NCBI GenBank assembly: GCA_049608805.1
Contig: JBMYXX010000003.1
Span: 1-40,105, forward strand
Reading direction: 5' to 3'
Source of the DNA: Flavobacteriales bacterium
GTDB lineage: Bacteria; Bacteroidota; Bacteroidia; UBA10329
DNA length: 40,105 nt
A program made the position numbers and the translations under genes. Below the pieces are notes generated by a model. It was not told where the DNA came from. It made no database searches and saw nothing but the letters and a program-made list of their open reading frames with translations. Positions 8,560 through 17,984 of this stretch are shown piece by piece; position 1 is the stretch's first letter, and each line of letters starts with the position of its first letter.

Positions 8560-9261
8560 TCATGAAGCCGGTTTCTTTGAATTACTAAAGACCGCCACAT
8601 CAGGTATTCCCTTGCGGTTTTTGATTACTTGAATTGGGTCTCCTAACTGCTTTTCTAGCACAGAGCAATGCACAGGATGCACGTAAACCAAGAAAAGCGG
8701 CCGGGAACGATTAAAAGCCGGTTTAACCTTCTTCATCAACCCAGCAACAGCTTCTTCATCAAACGGGTTAAAGAGATAAATCACGTCAACCTCATCTGCA
8801 ATGTCGTATTGCAAAGCATCTCCAGCAACCAAGTCAAAACTGGTGGACGGAAACTTGTCTTTAACTGTTTCTATGTTTTGCTGGGCAATGACATTCAGCT
8901 CTGCCGCATACTCTACACCAATTACTTTTTTAAAGCCAGCTTCTGCGGCTAGAATGATTGCTCGGCCTTTCCCAGAACCAATATCTAGGAATACTTTATC
9001 TCCAAAATTGAACGGTAAAGCATTCATGGCACGTTCAAAAATAACCGAACTAGAAGGCTGATATAAATGACCTCCCATCTTTGAATCGGCCTCAATAGAT
9101 AGTTCATCTGGTGCGTGGGCACCAAAGGTTTGAATGCCTAATTCGCGTTCTTTTTGCCATTCTTTTAAACCCATAGAGCAAGTGTTGCTAAAACCACGGT
9201 GCTTTATTGAATAAAGCAGGTGTTCTAACCACAGAAATTTGCCCTTGTGCTTAAAGTCCAT
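8560..9261 (-). CDS. Class I SAM-dependent methyltransferase
   Basis: FLDIGSGKGR motif I, VIGVE, GDA and DVIYLFNPF. Confidence 0.88.
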   Translation of the reverse strand: MDFKHKGKFLWLEHLLYSIKHRGFSNTCSMGLKEWQKERELGIQTFGAHAPDELSIEADSKMGGHLYQPSSSVIFERAMNALPFNFGDKVFLDIGSGKGRAIILAAEAGFKKVIGVEYAAELNVIAQQNIETVKDKFPSTSFDLVAGDALQYDIADEVDVIYLFNPFDEEAVAGLMKKVKPAFNRSRPLFLVYVHPVHCSVLEKQLGDPIQVIKNRKGIPDVAVFSNSKKPAS

Positions 9262-9266
9262 TGCTT

Positions 9267-9274
9267 CAAAGTTA
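9267..9274 (-). promoter_or_regulatory. -7 promoter element, near-leaderless
   Basis: Minus-strand TAACTTTG ends 5 nt before the ATG at 9261. Confidence 0.6.
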
Positions 9275-9376
9275 GAAGGATAACCGTCTTATACAGAGAT
9301 TGGCAAACAAGTCTTTTGAACCAAAATTGCTAATATTGTAAGAGTAAGTGTTAATCTGACACTAAGTAAAATCTCC

Positions 9377-10756
9377 ATGAAAACACGACTGCTTTTAGTT
9401 CTATTCGTTCTTCCATTAGTAGGTTTCTCCCAAGTACCGTGCAGTGTTTCGCTAGGTGAGGATATTGTTCAGTGCAACGGAAATCCAGTAACGCTTTCCG
9501 CTGTAAGCATGGGAACTGCATCTGAAGATTCGTTACGAATTGTCTATGATGCAAGCCAAGGTACCACAGGGTTAGTTGGCGCTTCTGAAGTCTATCTTCA
9601 TTCAGGGATTCAAACCGTGCCGTTCGGAGGTTGGGAATATGTTATTGGAAATTGGGGTTTTGATGATGGTCTTGGAGAGATGACATCGCTTGGCAACGAC
9701 ATGTGGTCAATCACAATTCATGTTGAGGATTATTACGCTTATCCTGGTGGAACCAACGTTATTGGTCTTTGGATGGTTTTTAGAAATGGTGATGGCACCC
9801 AAACGGGTAAGGATGATACCGATAACGACATCTACATTGAGACATCGAACAACAACACGAGTACATTTTCTGGTGTAACTGGAACCGATATTCTTGGTTC
9901 GGATGGAAGCTATTTTTGGGGTAATGCTGAAACAACACAGAGCATCACAGTTTCGCAGACTGGGACTTATTCGGTAACCTTTACAGACGGTGTTGGCTGT
10001 ACGAGTTCTGATGATATTTATGTAGAGTTTGGCTCTGGAAACGTATCCGTAAACCTAGGAGCAGACACGGTAATCTGCAATGGCGAAATTATTACGTTAG
10101 ATGCTGGCGCTGGATTTTCTTCTTACGATTGGAGCACCATGGAAACGAGTCAGACATTAGACGTGAGCACTCCTGGAGATTACTCGGTTACAGTAACAGA
10201 CGCTTCTGGTTGTACGGGCATCGACCTGATAAACATTCAGACTGGCGCATCTCCGTTGGCAGATTTCTCTTACGAATCTATAACTGGAACAACCGTAGAA
10301 TTTACGGAAACAGGAATTGCAGGAACCACCATTCTTTGGGATTTTGATGGAGACGGAAACGTTGATGAAACTACAGCAGCTGGCGCATCTGTTCAGTACG
10401 ATTTTGGTGCCGAAAGTGTTTTTGGCGTTACCATGATTTCCGAAAATGGTTGTGGTTCTGATACTGCCACGCAAAACGTTTTGGTGCAAGATGTAGGTGT
10501 TGAAGAATTGAAAGCTGAAATTGGTTTTAACGTGTATCCTAATCCTGCTAAAGACAGATTGGTTGTTGCCATTACAAACGCAACGGTTACGGTTAATTCA
10601 GTTCAAATCTTGGATTTACAAGGCCGGAAGGTGAATGAGATTTCCACGTTTTCAAATTCAACAATCATCAACATTAACAAACTGCCAAAAGGATTCTACG
10701 TCTTACAAGTAGCTACTTCAAAAGGCATTATTAATCAACGCATTTTAAAACAATAA
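9377..10756 (+). CDS. T9SS type A secreted protein: CBM98-like domain, Ig-like repeats and PKD, no catalytic domain
   Basis: Signal peptide, VYLHSG..W..VIGNWG..MT..EDYY..MVFRNGDG..DIY domain, Ig/PKD repeats and CTD VYPNPAKD...LPKGFYVL. Confidence 0.8.
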   Translation: MKTRLLLVLFVLPLVGFSQVPCSVSLGEDIVQCNGNPVTLSAVSMGTASEDSLRIVYDASQGTTGLVGASEVYLHSGIQTVPFGGWEYVIGNWGFDDGLGEMTSLGNDMWSITIHVEDYYAYPGGTNVIGLWMVFRNGDGTQTGKDDTDNDIYIETSNNNTSTFSGVTGTDILGSDGSYFWGNAETTQSITVSQTGTYSVTFTDGVGCTSSDDIYVEFGSGNVSVNLGADTVICNGEIITLDAGAGFSSYDWSTMETSQTLDVSTPGDYSVTVTDASGCTGIDLINIQTGASPLADFSYESITGTTVEFTETGIAGTTILWDFDGDGNVDETTAAGASVQYDFGAESVFGVTMISENGCGSDTATQNVLVQDVGVEELKAEIGFNVYPNPAKDRLVVAITNATVTVNSVQILDLQGRKVNEISTFSNSTIININKLPKGFYVLQVATSKGIINQRILKQ

Positions 10757-10758
10757 CT

Positions 10759-11661
10759 ATGAAGAAACTGATACTTAGCTGTGCCCTTGTTGGAGGTGCT
10801 TTCGCGCTGCAAGCGCAAACAGAAATTACCATTACACTAGACACAAAAGACTTGTTTAATGTTGATTGCAACTTGCTTGGCGATGGTGCTGGCGGACCTG
10901 CTCAGGTAAACAAGGTTTATATGCACTCTGGTGCGTGTTCTGAGAACCGTGGTAGCAACATGAGCCAGTCGGCAGAAGATTATTGTGCTGATCAAATTGT
11001 GCCGTTTGCATCTGATGTTTGGCAGCATGTAGTAGGTAATTGGGGTGCTGCTCCGCAGGATGATGGCGTTGGTGAAATGACGCATGAAGGCGATGGAATT
11101 TACTCCAAAACCTTCATCATGGAAGACTATTACAGCGATCCTAATATTGTGAGTACGGAAACGAACTCAACAGGAACAACCGCTTCTGCACCGCTTGATC
11201 CGAACAATCCGGTTTACCTGCTTGGTTTGGTTTTTAGAAATGAAGATGGAACCGCTTCTGGCCGCGATCAGCAAGGTTGCCAAGACATTTTTGTAATTAA
11301 CGTTCAGGGAAATCCTACCGTTATCAATTCAACAGATAATTCGGCTGCAGACTTTGTAACGTTTGAGAAAAACTCTGTTGGTATTGAAGACCGAAGTATA
11401 GCCTACGACTTGTTTGTTGGTCCTAACCCAGCAACAGACCAAGGCTTGGTTAGAATTAGTGTTTTGGATGATGTGAAAGACGCAACCTTCAGCATTACAA
11501 ACACAATAGGGCAGCAAGTTTACACGCAAGCTGCGCCACTAAAAGTGGGCAAGAATGTTCTTCCGTTTAATGTAAGTGAGCTTAGAAACGGCATTTACAT
11601 TGTAAACATTTCAAGTTCAAAAGGACTTTTAATGCAAGAAAGACTAATTGTAAATCATTGA
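10759..11661 (+). CDS. T9SS type A secreted protein with a single CBM98-like domain
   Basis: Signal peptide, VYMHSG..WQHVVGNWG..EMT..EDYY..LVFRNEDG..DIF and CTD GPNPATD...LRNGIYIV. It starts 2 bp after the previous gene. Confidence 0.78.
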   Translation: MKKLILSCALVGGAFALQAQTEITITLDTKDLFNVDCNLLGDGAGGPAQVNKVYMHSGACSENRGSNMSQSAEDYCADQIVPFASDVWQHVVGNWGAAPQDDGVGEMTHEGDGIYSKTFIMEDYYSDPNIVSTETNSTGTTASAPLDPNNPVYLLGLVFRNEDGTASGRDQQGCQDIFVINVQGNPTVINSTDNSAADFVTFEKNSVGIEDRSIAYDLFVGPNPATDQGLVRISVLDDVKDATFSITNTIGQQVYTQAAPLKVGKNVLPFNVSELRNGIYIVNISSSKGLLMQERLIVNH

Positions 11662-11680
11662 TTTTTAGCCACTCGGCACT

Positions 11681-14524
11681 ATGAAAAACCTCATTTCCAT
11701 TCTGTTCTTTTCACTACTTGCTAGCGCGAGTTTTGCGCAAGTTGTAAGCACCGATATTGCTTACATAACTGTTGAAGATTCTGTCACACTTACGTTCAAC
11801 AGTAACGAAGGAAATGCGGCACTTTCAGGCACAAACCCAGTTTACATTCATACGGGTTTAATAAAAGACAATAGCGATTACAGCGGAGATTGGAAGCGCC
11901 AAGTTGGGCTTTGGGGAGAAACCGAATCTTACCAGTTAATGACCAGCCAAGGAAGCGGTATTCATTCGAAGGGAATTAATATCGAAGACTTCTATGGTAC
12001 TGGAACTTGGGATGGCGTTCGTGCCCTAGCCATGGTTTTTAGAAATGCTGATGGAAGCACAGTTGGTCAAAATGCCGATGGAAGTGATATTCTGATTCCA
12101 GTTTTTGAAACCACAACAGAATTGGAGGCGGTAATTATGGATCCAATTGTTGCTGGGAAATTGGTTGAACAAAATGATGGATTAATCTTTGAAGTACGTT
12201 CAAACAATCCTTCAAGTCTTATTAATCTGTATCAGGATGGAGCATTAATTGGCCAAAATTTAGGCGATGCAGCTTCGGCTAGTGTTTCTACAGCAACGGC
12301 CGGTAAATCTTACTTGAGTTACACGGTAGAGCAGGGCGGTAATACCATTGAAGACAGCACCTATTTCGTAGTTACAACAGCACCAACGATTTTGGATGTT
12401 CCTGCGGGAATTGAACCTGGAATTACCGTTGTTGATGATAATACAGTTACGCTTTGCCTTTGGGCTCCGTTTAAGGAGAATGTCTATTACATAGGCGATC
12501 AAACTAATTGGGAAGTTGACCCTGCTTACCAGATGAATAAATCGGTAGATGGAGAGCGTTACTGGATTACGTTAACTGGAATCACTCCTCAAACTGAATA
12601 CAGATTTCAGTATTTGGTGGATGGCATGTTTAAAATTGCCGACCCTTACTCTTACAAGATTTTGGAGGAACAAAGCGATGCCGGAATCAATCCAAACATC
12701 TACCCGAATCTTATTGACTACCCAGACGAAACACACGGAAATGTGTCTGTTTTTGAAACTGATATGGTTGAATACGAGTGGCAAACTACTGGATACCAAC
12801 GTCCAGCAAAGGAGGACTTAATTATCTACGAACTACTTATTCGAGATTTCTCTTTCCGTAAGAGTTTTACGTCTGTAATTGACTCACTTCCGTATTTGAA
12901 AAAGCTTGGCATTAACGCCATTCAGCTAATGCCAATTATAGAGTTTGAAGGCAACGATTCTTGGGGATACAACCCAATTTTCTTCACGGCAGTAGATAAG
13001 AAATACGGACCTGCCAATAGACTTAAAGAATTGATTGATGCTTGCCATGCAGAAGGCATTGCAATCATTTTAGACATTGTACCAAATCATGCATTTGGTA
13101 GAAACCCGTATGTAAAAATGTATTGGGATGCAGGTTTGCAACGGCCAGCTTGGAACAGTCCATATTTCAATCCCGTTGCCACGCACCCGTTTAGTGTTGG
13201 GTACGATTTTAACCACGAGAGCCAGTATGTACGGCAGATGTTTCACAGAATATTCAAGTATTGGATTGAAGAGTTCAATATTGATGGATACCGAGTTGAC
13301 CTTTCGAAAGGACTGACACAGACCAACAGTGGTAATGATATTGGTGCTTGGACAAACTACGATCAAAGTAGGGTAAATATCATCTTCGATTATGCAAATA
13401 CCGTTTGGTCGTATTCGCCAGACTTCCATATGATTTTAGAGCACTTGGGCGACAACGGAGAAGAAACTGCCTTAGCAAATGGCAACATCATGCTTTGGAG
13501 CAAGGCTCAGGAGCAATTTAAACAGGCAACAATGGGTTATCAGTCTAGTTCTAACTGGGGTTGGCAAATGAGTTACCAAGACAAAGGTTGGAACCTTCCG
13601 AGAGCCATTGGCTACATGGAAAGCCATGATGAGGATAGACTGATGTTTGAAAACGTGACATACGGAAATGGTACAAACCCTGACCACAATGCGGCAGATA
13701 CAACCACAGCGCTTTATAGAATGCAAGCAGCTGCGGCTATGTTTACACTTGTTCCTGGCCCAAAAATGATTTGGCAGTTTGGTGAGTTGGGCTACGATGT
13801 TTCTATTTTTTGGCCATCAGGTTTAGACCTTTCTAGAACGGCCGCAAAACCAATCCGTTGGAACTATTTCTGGGAAGAAGCACGCCAAGATTTATACCGT
13901 GCTTGGGGCGCCATTAACACGCTAAAACACATGCAACCGGTTTATTCTGTTACCGATTTCGGGATGGATTTAGATGGAACAGGTAAGCGTATGTGGCTTA
14001 CTCATCCTGATATGAAAACCAGCGTTACCGCAAACTTTGATGTAGTGGGTTTTTCAATGACACCAGACTTTCATCAAACAGGAACTTGGTATAATTACAT
14101 GACTGGAGAGCCACTTCAGGTTGACCAAACCAACATGGAGTTGTTTTACGAGCCAGGTCAGTATTACATTTTTACCGATCAGCCGTTGCCAGTTCCAAAT
14201 CTTGATTTTGTACCAGAACCGGGAGACCCAGATGGAATTGCTGAGAACGATCCGTTAAACACGCGGGTTTATCCAAATCCAACCACCGGGAATACGTTTA
14301 TCGAATACGATTTAGGAACCGATAGAGCGCGTTCTATTGAGATTTGGGATATAACCGGAAGACCAGTAAAACGATTCACAGAAAATCTAAGCAGGGTTGG
14401 TTTAAACCGCGTTATGTGGGATGGAACCGATGAAAGTGGAAGCCACGTTTCAAATGGCCAATACATCATCACCATTACTACGGATAACTACCGAAGTTCT
14501 AAGATGGTTGTAGTGCAGAGATAG
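11681..14524 (+). CDS. Secreted GH13 alpha-amylase family enzyme (CBM98-like + CBM48 + GH13 + T9SS/FlgD-like CTD)
   Basis: IYELLIRDF, WGYNP, DIVPNH, catalytic DGYRVD / ILEH / ESHDE, QFGELG, CBM48-like LWAPFKENVYYIGD and CTD VYPNPT...WDGTD...NGQY. Confidence 0.92.
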   Translation: MKNLISILFFSLLASASFAQVVSTDIAYITVEDSVTLTFNSNEGNAALSGTNPVYIHTGLIKDNSDYSGDWKRQVGLWGETESYQLMTSQGSGIHSKGINIEDFYGTGTWDGVRALAMVFRNADGSTVGQNADGSDILIPVFETTTELEAVIMDPIVAGKLVEQNDGLIFEVRSNNPSSLINLYQDGALIGQNLGDAASASVSTATAGKSYLSYTVEQGGNTIEDSTYFVVTTAPTILDVPAGIEPGITVVDDNTVTLCLWAPFKENVYYIGDQTNWEVDPAYQMNKSVDGERYWITLTGITPQTEYRFQYLVDGMFKIADPYSYKILEEQSDAGINPNIYPNLIDYPDETHGNVSVFETDMVEYEWQTTGYQRPAKEDLIIYELLIRDFSFRKSFTSVIDSLPYLKKLGINAIQLMPIIEFEGNDSWGYNPIFFTAVDKKYGPANRLKELIDACHAEGIAIILDIVPNHAFGRNPYVKMYWDAGLQRPAWNSPYFNPVATHPFSVGYDFNHESQYVRQMFHRIFKYWIEEFNIDGYRVDLSKGLTQTNSGNDIGAWTNYDQSRVNIIFDYANTVWSYSPDFHMILEHLGDNGEETALANGNIMLWSKAQEQFKQATMGYQSSSNWGWQMSYQDKGWNLPRAIGYMESHDEDRLMFENVTYGNGTNPDHNAADTTTALYRMQAAAAMFTLVPGPKMIWQFGELGYDVSIFWPSGLDLSRTAAKPIRWNYFWEEARQDLYRAWGAINTLKHMQPVYSVTDFGMDLDGTGKRMWLTHPDMKTSVTANFDVVGFSMTPDFHQTGTWYNYMTGEPLQVDQTNMELFYEPGQYYIFTDQPLPVPNLDFVPEPGDPDGIAENDPLNTRVYPNPTTGNTFIEYDLGTDRARSIEIWDITGRPVKRFTENLSRVGLNRVMWDGTDESGSHVSNGQYIITITTDNYRSSKMVVVQR

Positions 14525-14553
14525 CTTTTGATAGGCTAGATTACTTGCCACAA

Positions 14554-15963
14554 TTAGCTCTTCCGCTCCAACAGCACAACGCTTTCTACGTGGTGCGTGT
14601 GCGGGAACATATCTACCGGACGAGCCTTTTTTACTTCGTAGTTCTCGCTAAGCAATTGTACATCGCGTGCTTGTGTAGCAGGATTACAACTCACATAGAC
14701 GATTCGTTCAGGTAAAAGCTCGTTTAAACGTGCTATTACATCAGCATGCATTCCTGCTCGTGGTGGGTCGGTAATCACAACATCAGGTTTGCCTTCTTTC
14801 TCTATCAATTCTTTGGTGAATACATCCTTCATATCGCCAGCGTAGAACGAAGTGTTCTCGATGCCATTCAATTCAGCATTCAGCTTGGCATCAACAATTG
14901 CTGGTTCTACGTATTCAATACCCACAACTTTTTTGGCTTGCTTGGCCACAAACTGAGCAATGGTTCCCGTTCCCGTGTATAGGTCGTAAACCACTTCATC
15001 ACCAGTTAATCCAGCAAAATCGCGCGTAATCTTGTACAGTTCATACGCCTGCGGACCGTTGGTTTGGTAGAACGATTTCGGCCCAACACGGAACTTCAAT
15101 CCTTCCATTTCTTCCATGATAAAGTCGTTGCCAGAATGAACCTGAATGTCTAGGTCGGAAATCGTATCGTTTGGTTTATCGTTAATCACGTATAGCACAG
15201 AAGTTAGCTGTGGAAACCCAGCAACCAACGTATCTAAAATCAACTTGATGTCATTCGGGCGGTCTTCAGCTACGCTTAGAATAACCATCCACTCGTTGGT
15301 CATTGTGCTACGCACGATTAGGTTTCGCAAAAAGCCCGTTTGCTCGTTTAGGTTGTAATAAGAGAAATCGTTTGCCAAAGCAACCTCTCTAACCTTGTTT
15401 CTGATACCATTACTCGGCTCAGCCATCAAATGACATTCCTCCACATCAAGCACCTTATCCCAACGACCTGGAACATGAAATCCCAGTGATGGAATATTAT
15501 CAAAATCTTTTCCGCTAGCCACTTGCTCGGCTGTTAGCCATTGCCTGTGCGAAAAGCTGAATTCCAACTTGTTACGGTAATTGAAAATCTCGGCAGAACC
15601 CAAAATTGGCTCAAATGCGTTAACCTCAACTTTACCGATGCGTTGCAGCGCATCGTAAACCTGCTTCTGCTTAAACTCAAGTTGTTTTTCGTAGCTCAGG
15701 TTTTGCCATTTGCAACCACCGCAAACACCGAAATATTTGCATTTCGCTTCAATCCGAATAGGGGAGAACTCCTTAATCTTCTGCACATAACCTTCTGCGT
15801 AGTTTTTGCGCTTGCGTTTAATCTGAATGTCGCACACATCGCCAGGCACTACGCCTTTCACAAAAACCACCATATCATTTACCCGCGCAAGGGCCTGACC
15901 CTTATCCGCAATATCAAGAATGGTTACATCTTCCAGTATCGGCTTTTTCCGCTTTCTTCCCAT
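14554..15963 (-). CDS. rlmD: 23S rRNA (uracil-1939-C5)-methyltransferase
   Basis: TRAM domain, CKYFGVCGGC Fe-S motif, SFYQTN, DLYTGTG, DPPRAG, YVSCNP and DMFPHTHHVE. The start is taken at ATG 15963. Confidence 0.95.
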   Translation of the reverse strand: MGRKRKKPILEDVTILDIADKGQALARVNDMVVFVKGVVPGDVCDIQIKRKRKNYAEGYVQKIKEFSPIRIEAKCKYFGVCGGCKWQNLSYEKQLEFKQKQVYDALQRIGKVEVNAFEPILGSAEIFNYRNKLEFSFSHRQWLTAEQVASGKDFDNIPSLGFHVPGRWDKVLDVEECHLMAEPSNGIRNKVREVALANDFSYYNLNEQTGFLRNLIVRSTMTNEWMVILSVAEDRPNDIKLILDTLVAGFPQLTSVLYVINDKPNDTISDLDIQVHSGNDFIMEEMEGLKFRVGPKSFYQTNGPQAYELYKITRDFAGLTGDEVVYDLYTGTGTIAQFVAKQAKKVVGIEYVEPAIVDAKLNAELNGIENTSFYAGDMKDVFTKELIEKEGKPDVVITDPPRAGMHADVIARLNELLPERIVYVSCNPATQARDVQLLSENYEVKKARPVDMFPHTHHVESVVLLERKS

Positions 15964-15967
15964 GGCG

Positions 15968-15975
15968 CAAAAGTA
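15968..15975 (-). promoter_or_regulatory. -7 promoter element of rlmD, leaderless
   Basis: Minus strand reads TACTTTTG-CGCC-ATG. Confidence 0.6.
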
Positions 15976-16134
15976 TGAGAACTGACGCACGTAATTGCCA
16001 ACGGAAATTATTGTAATCGTTTGGTTGAAAGCCGCAAATTTATTCTCGTGTGGAGCGCGGTTCTGGCTGATTTATTCTTTAAACCAGCAAGGTTGTAGTC
16101 TCCAGTTTGTTGTAGATTAAGTACAATAATGTGG

Positions 16135-16142
16135 TAGCTTTG
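16135..16142 (+). promoter_or_regulatory. -7 promoter element
   Basis: TAGCTTTG lies 28 nt upstream of the ATG at 16171. Confidence 0.55.
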
Positions 16143-16170
16143 AATTGAATAGAAAACAACCTCTTAAATC

Positions 16171-17856
16171 ATGAGAAAAATATACTTCAGCACGATTGCC
16201 GCTTTTATCGCAATTAGTGTTAACGCGCAAAACCCTACAATAACGTTTAGTTCAGATAATATTTGTGCGGGAGAGACTATAACAGCAACAGTAACAGGTG
16301 CCGAAACGAGCCTTGCTAGTTCAGCAGCAGACAACAATGCTAATAATGGGGTAATGTTTGACTTGGTGGGCGAAGCCGGAGCCATTATTAAAGGCTTTAC
16401 TGTTAACACAGAAACTACCGCTTCTATGGAAATATATTATCGCACAGGTAGTTATGCAGGGTTTGAAGACAGTAACGTAGGATGGACACTTTTAGGTAGT
16501 TCAACAGGCGTTGCTTTGGGCACTGGAGTAAATACTGGAGTTGAGTTAGATTTAGAAATTTTACCAGGACAAACGCTGGGATTTTACATTACCTGTACTT
16601 CTGGGAGTGAATTTATTCAGTATGCTGATGGAACCTCCGTGGGCACAGAGCTCGGTTCAGACGACTACATTAGCATACTTTCTGGGGTAGGGAAGAGTTA
16701 TCCTTTTGCTGCTACTAACACGCCTAGAGATTTTATTGGCTCCGTGATTTACGAACCTGTTCCGACTTTTGTTTATTGGAATGTGAGTTCGAGCGATACT
16801 AATATTGTAGAGTTTACACCAACAAAAACGCAAGTAGTTTCGGTTGTTACAACTGCCAATGGTACCAGCTTGGGAGCAAGAAAGGTTGTAACTGTAAATG
16901 ATTACCAGGTAGAAGCAACGGCTGACCCGGCTGTTCTTGGCTGGAATGAGTCGAGTACGCTTACGGCTGATGTAACCTTGTCAACTGGATTGGCAACCAC
17001 GTTTGAAGGAATTTCGTGGTCAGATGGAGCCATGTTTGACCTTTCTGCAACCTCAGAATTATCGGTTACTGGTTTTGCAATTGCCACTCCAAATGTTGCA
17101 GGCGATGTGGAGGTTGAAGTGTTTTACAAGACGGGAAGTTATGTTGGTTTTCAGGCAAATGCCGGGGCTTGGACCAGTTTAGGTACAAGTACCATTCCTA
17201 CGGGGGCAGGAGAGGAAATTGAATTGGCTAGTTCCGTGATGATGGCTGCTGGACAAACCATGGCCTTTTATATTACTCGATTAGATGGCGAACATATTGG
17301 CCACGTTAGTGGAACTTCAGTTGGAGCCGTTTACTCATCAGATAGTTACATCTCCATTAAAGAAGGGATTACATTGGAACATCCATTTGGAGCAGAGTCT
17401 GCTTTTCCTCGCGTGCCAAGGTGTATTGTGTACTATGAGGTAGAAAACCCAGCAGGGCTTAACTATTCTTGGAGTGAGAGTGTTGGTACAAACGCTTCTG
17501 AAACCGTTATGCCAAATGCGGATGTTACCTACGTTGTAACGGTGGATAATGGCGATTGCGAAACAACTGCCGATGTATCCGTTTCCATGGCGGTTGGTAT
17601 TGATGAAGCAATTGCGGAAAACATATCTGTTTACCCAAATCCAGCAACTGAGAATATTACCATTCAATCTGAGAATGTAATTGAAGTAGAATCAATTAGT
17701 TTGATGGATGCCACGGGAAAAATTGTTCAGGCGATAACGCCAGGTGTTTCTTTTTCTACGGTTACAATCCCTGTAAACCAATTGGCAAAAGGAGTGTATT
17801 TGCTACAATTGAATATGGCTGGCGGGATAGTTAACCACAGGCTTATGGTGCAATAG
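16171..17856 (+). CDS. T9SS type A secreted protein with two copies of an unassigned beta-rich domain
   Basis: Signal peptide, duplicated G.MFDL...YRTGSY.GF....W..LG...GQT..FYIT..GTSVG...D.YISI..G....PF..PR, and CTD VYPNPATE...LAKGVYLL. Confidence 0.82.
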   Translation: MRKIYFSTIAAFIAISVNAQNPTITFSSDNICAGETITATVTGAETSLASSAADNNANNGVMFDLVGEAGAIIKGFTVNTETTASMEIYYRTGSYAGFEDSNVGWTLLGSSTGVALGTGVNTGVELDLEILPGQTLGFYITCTSGSEFIQYADGTSVGTELGSDDYISILSGVGKSYPFAATNTPRDFIGSVIYEPVPTFVYWNVSSSDTNIVEFTPTKTQVVSVVTTANGTSLGARKVVTVNDYQVEATADPAVLGWNESSTLTADVTLSTGLATTFEGISWSDGAMFDLSATSELSVTGFAIATPNVAGDVEVEVFYKTGSYVGFQANAGAWTSLGTSTIPTGAGEEIELASSVMMAAGQTMAFYITRLDGEHIGHVSGTSVGAVYSSDSYISIKEGITLEHPFGAESAFPRVPRCIVYYEVENPAGLNYSWSESVGTNASETVMPNADVTYVVTVDNGDCETTADVSVSMAVGIDEAIAENISVYPNPATENITIQSENVIEVESISLMDATGKIVQAITPGVSFSTVTIPVNQLAKGVYLLQLNMAGGIVNHRLMVQ

Positions 17857-17984
17857 CTCCAGGTAGGTGCCACCTCTTTTAGTGGCTACGTTTTACGCTG
17901 ATGTATCTTCAAAACGTTTTCACCCGTGTGTGATTGCAGAAAGCTCATGCCCAAACATCTCAATCACATCTCTAACTTGCGGCC

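Noticed and set aside
9347-9363. AGTGTT-AATCT-GACACT imperfect palindrome upstream of the amylase operon as an operator
   Set aside because: It has only 6-bp arms with a mismatch and no adjacent regulator, so it cannot be distinguished from chance without comparative data.
17860-17890. Possible intrinsic terminator after the T9SS gene (AGGTGCCACCTCTTTT)
   Set aside because: The stem is only 4-5 bp, too weak to call.
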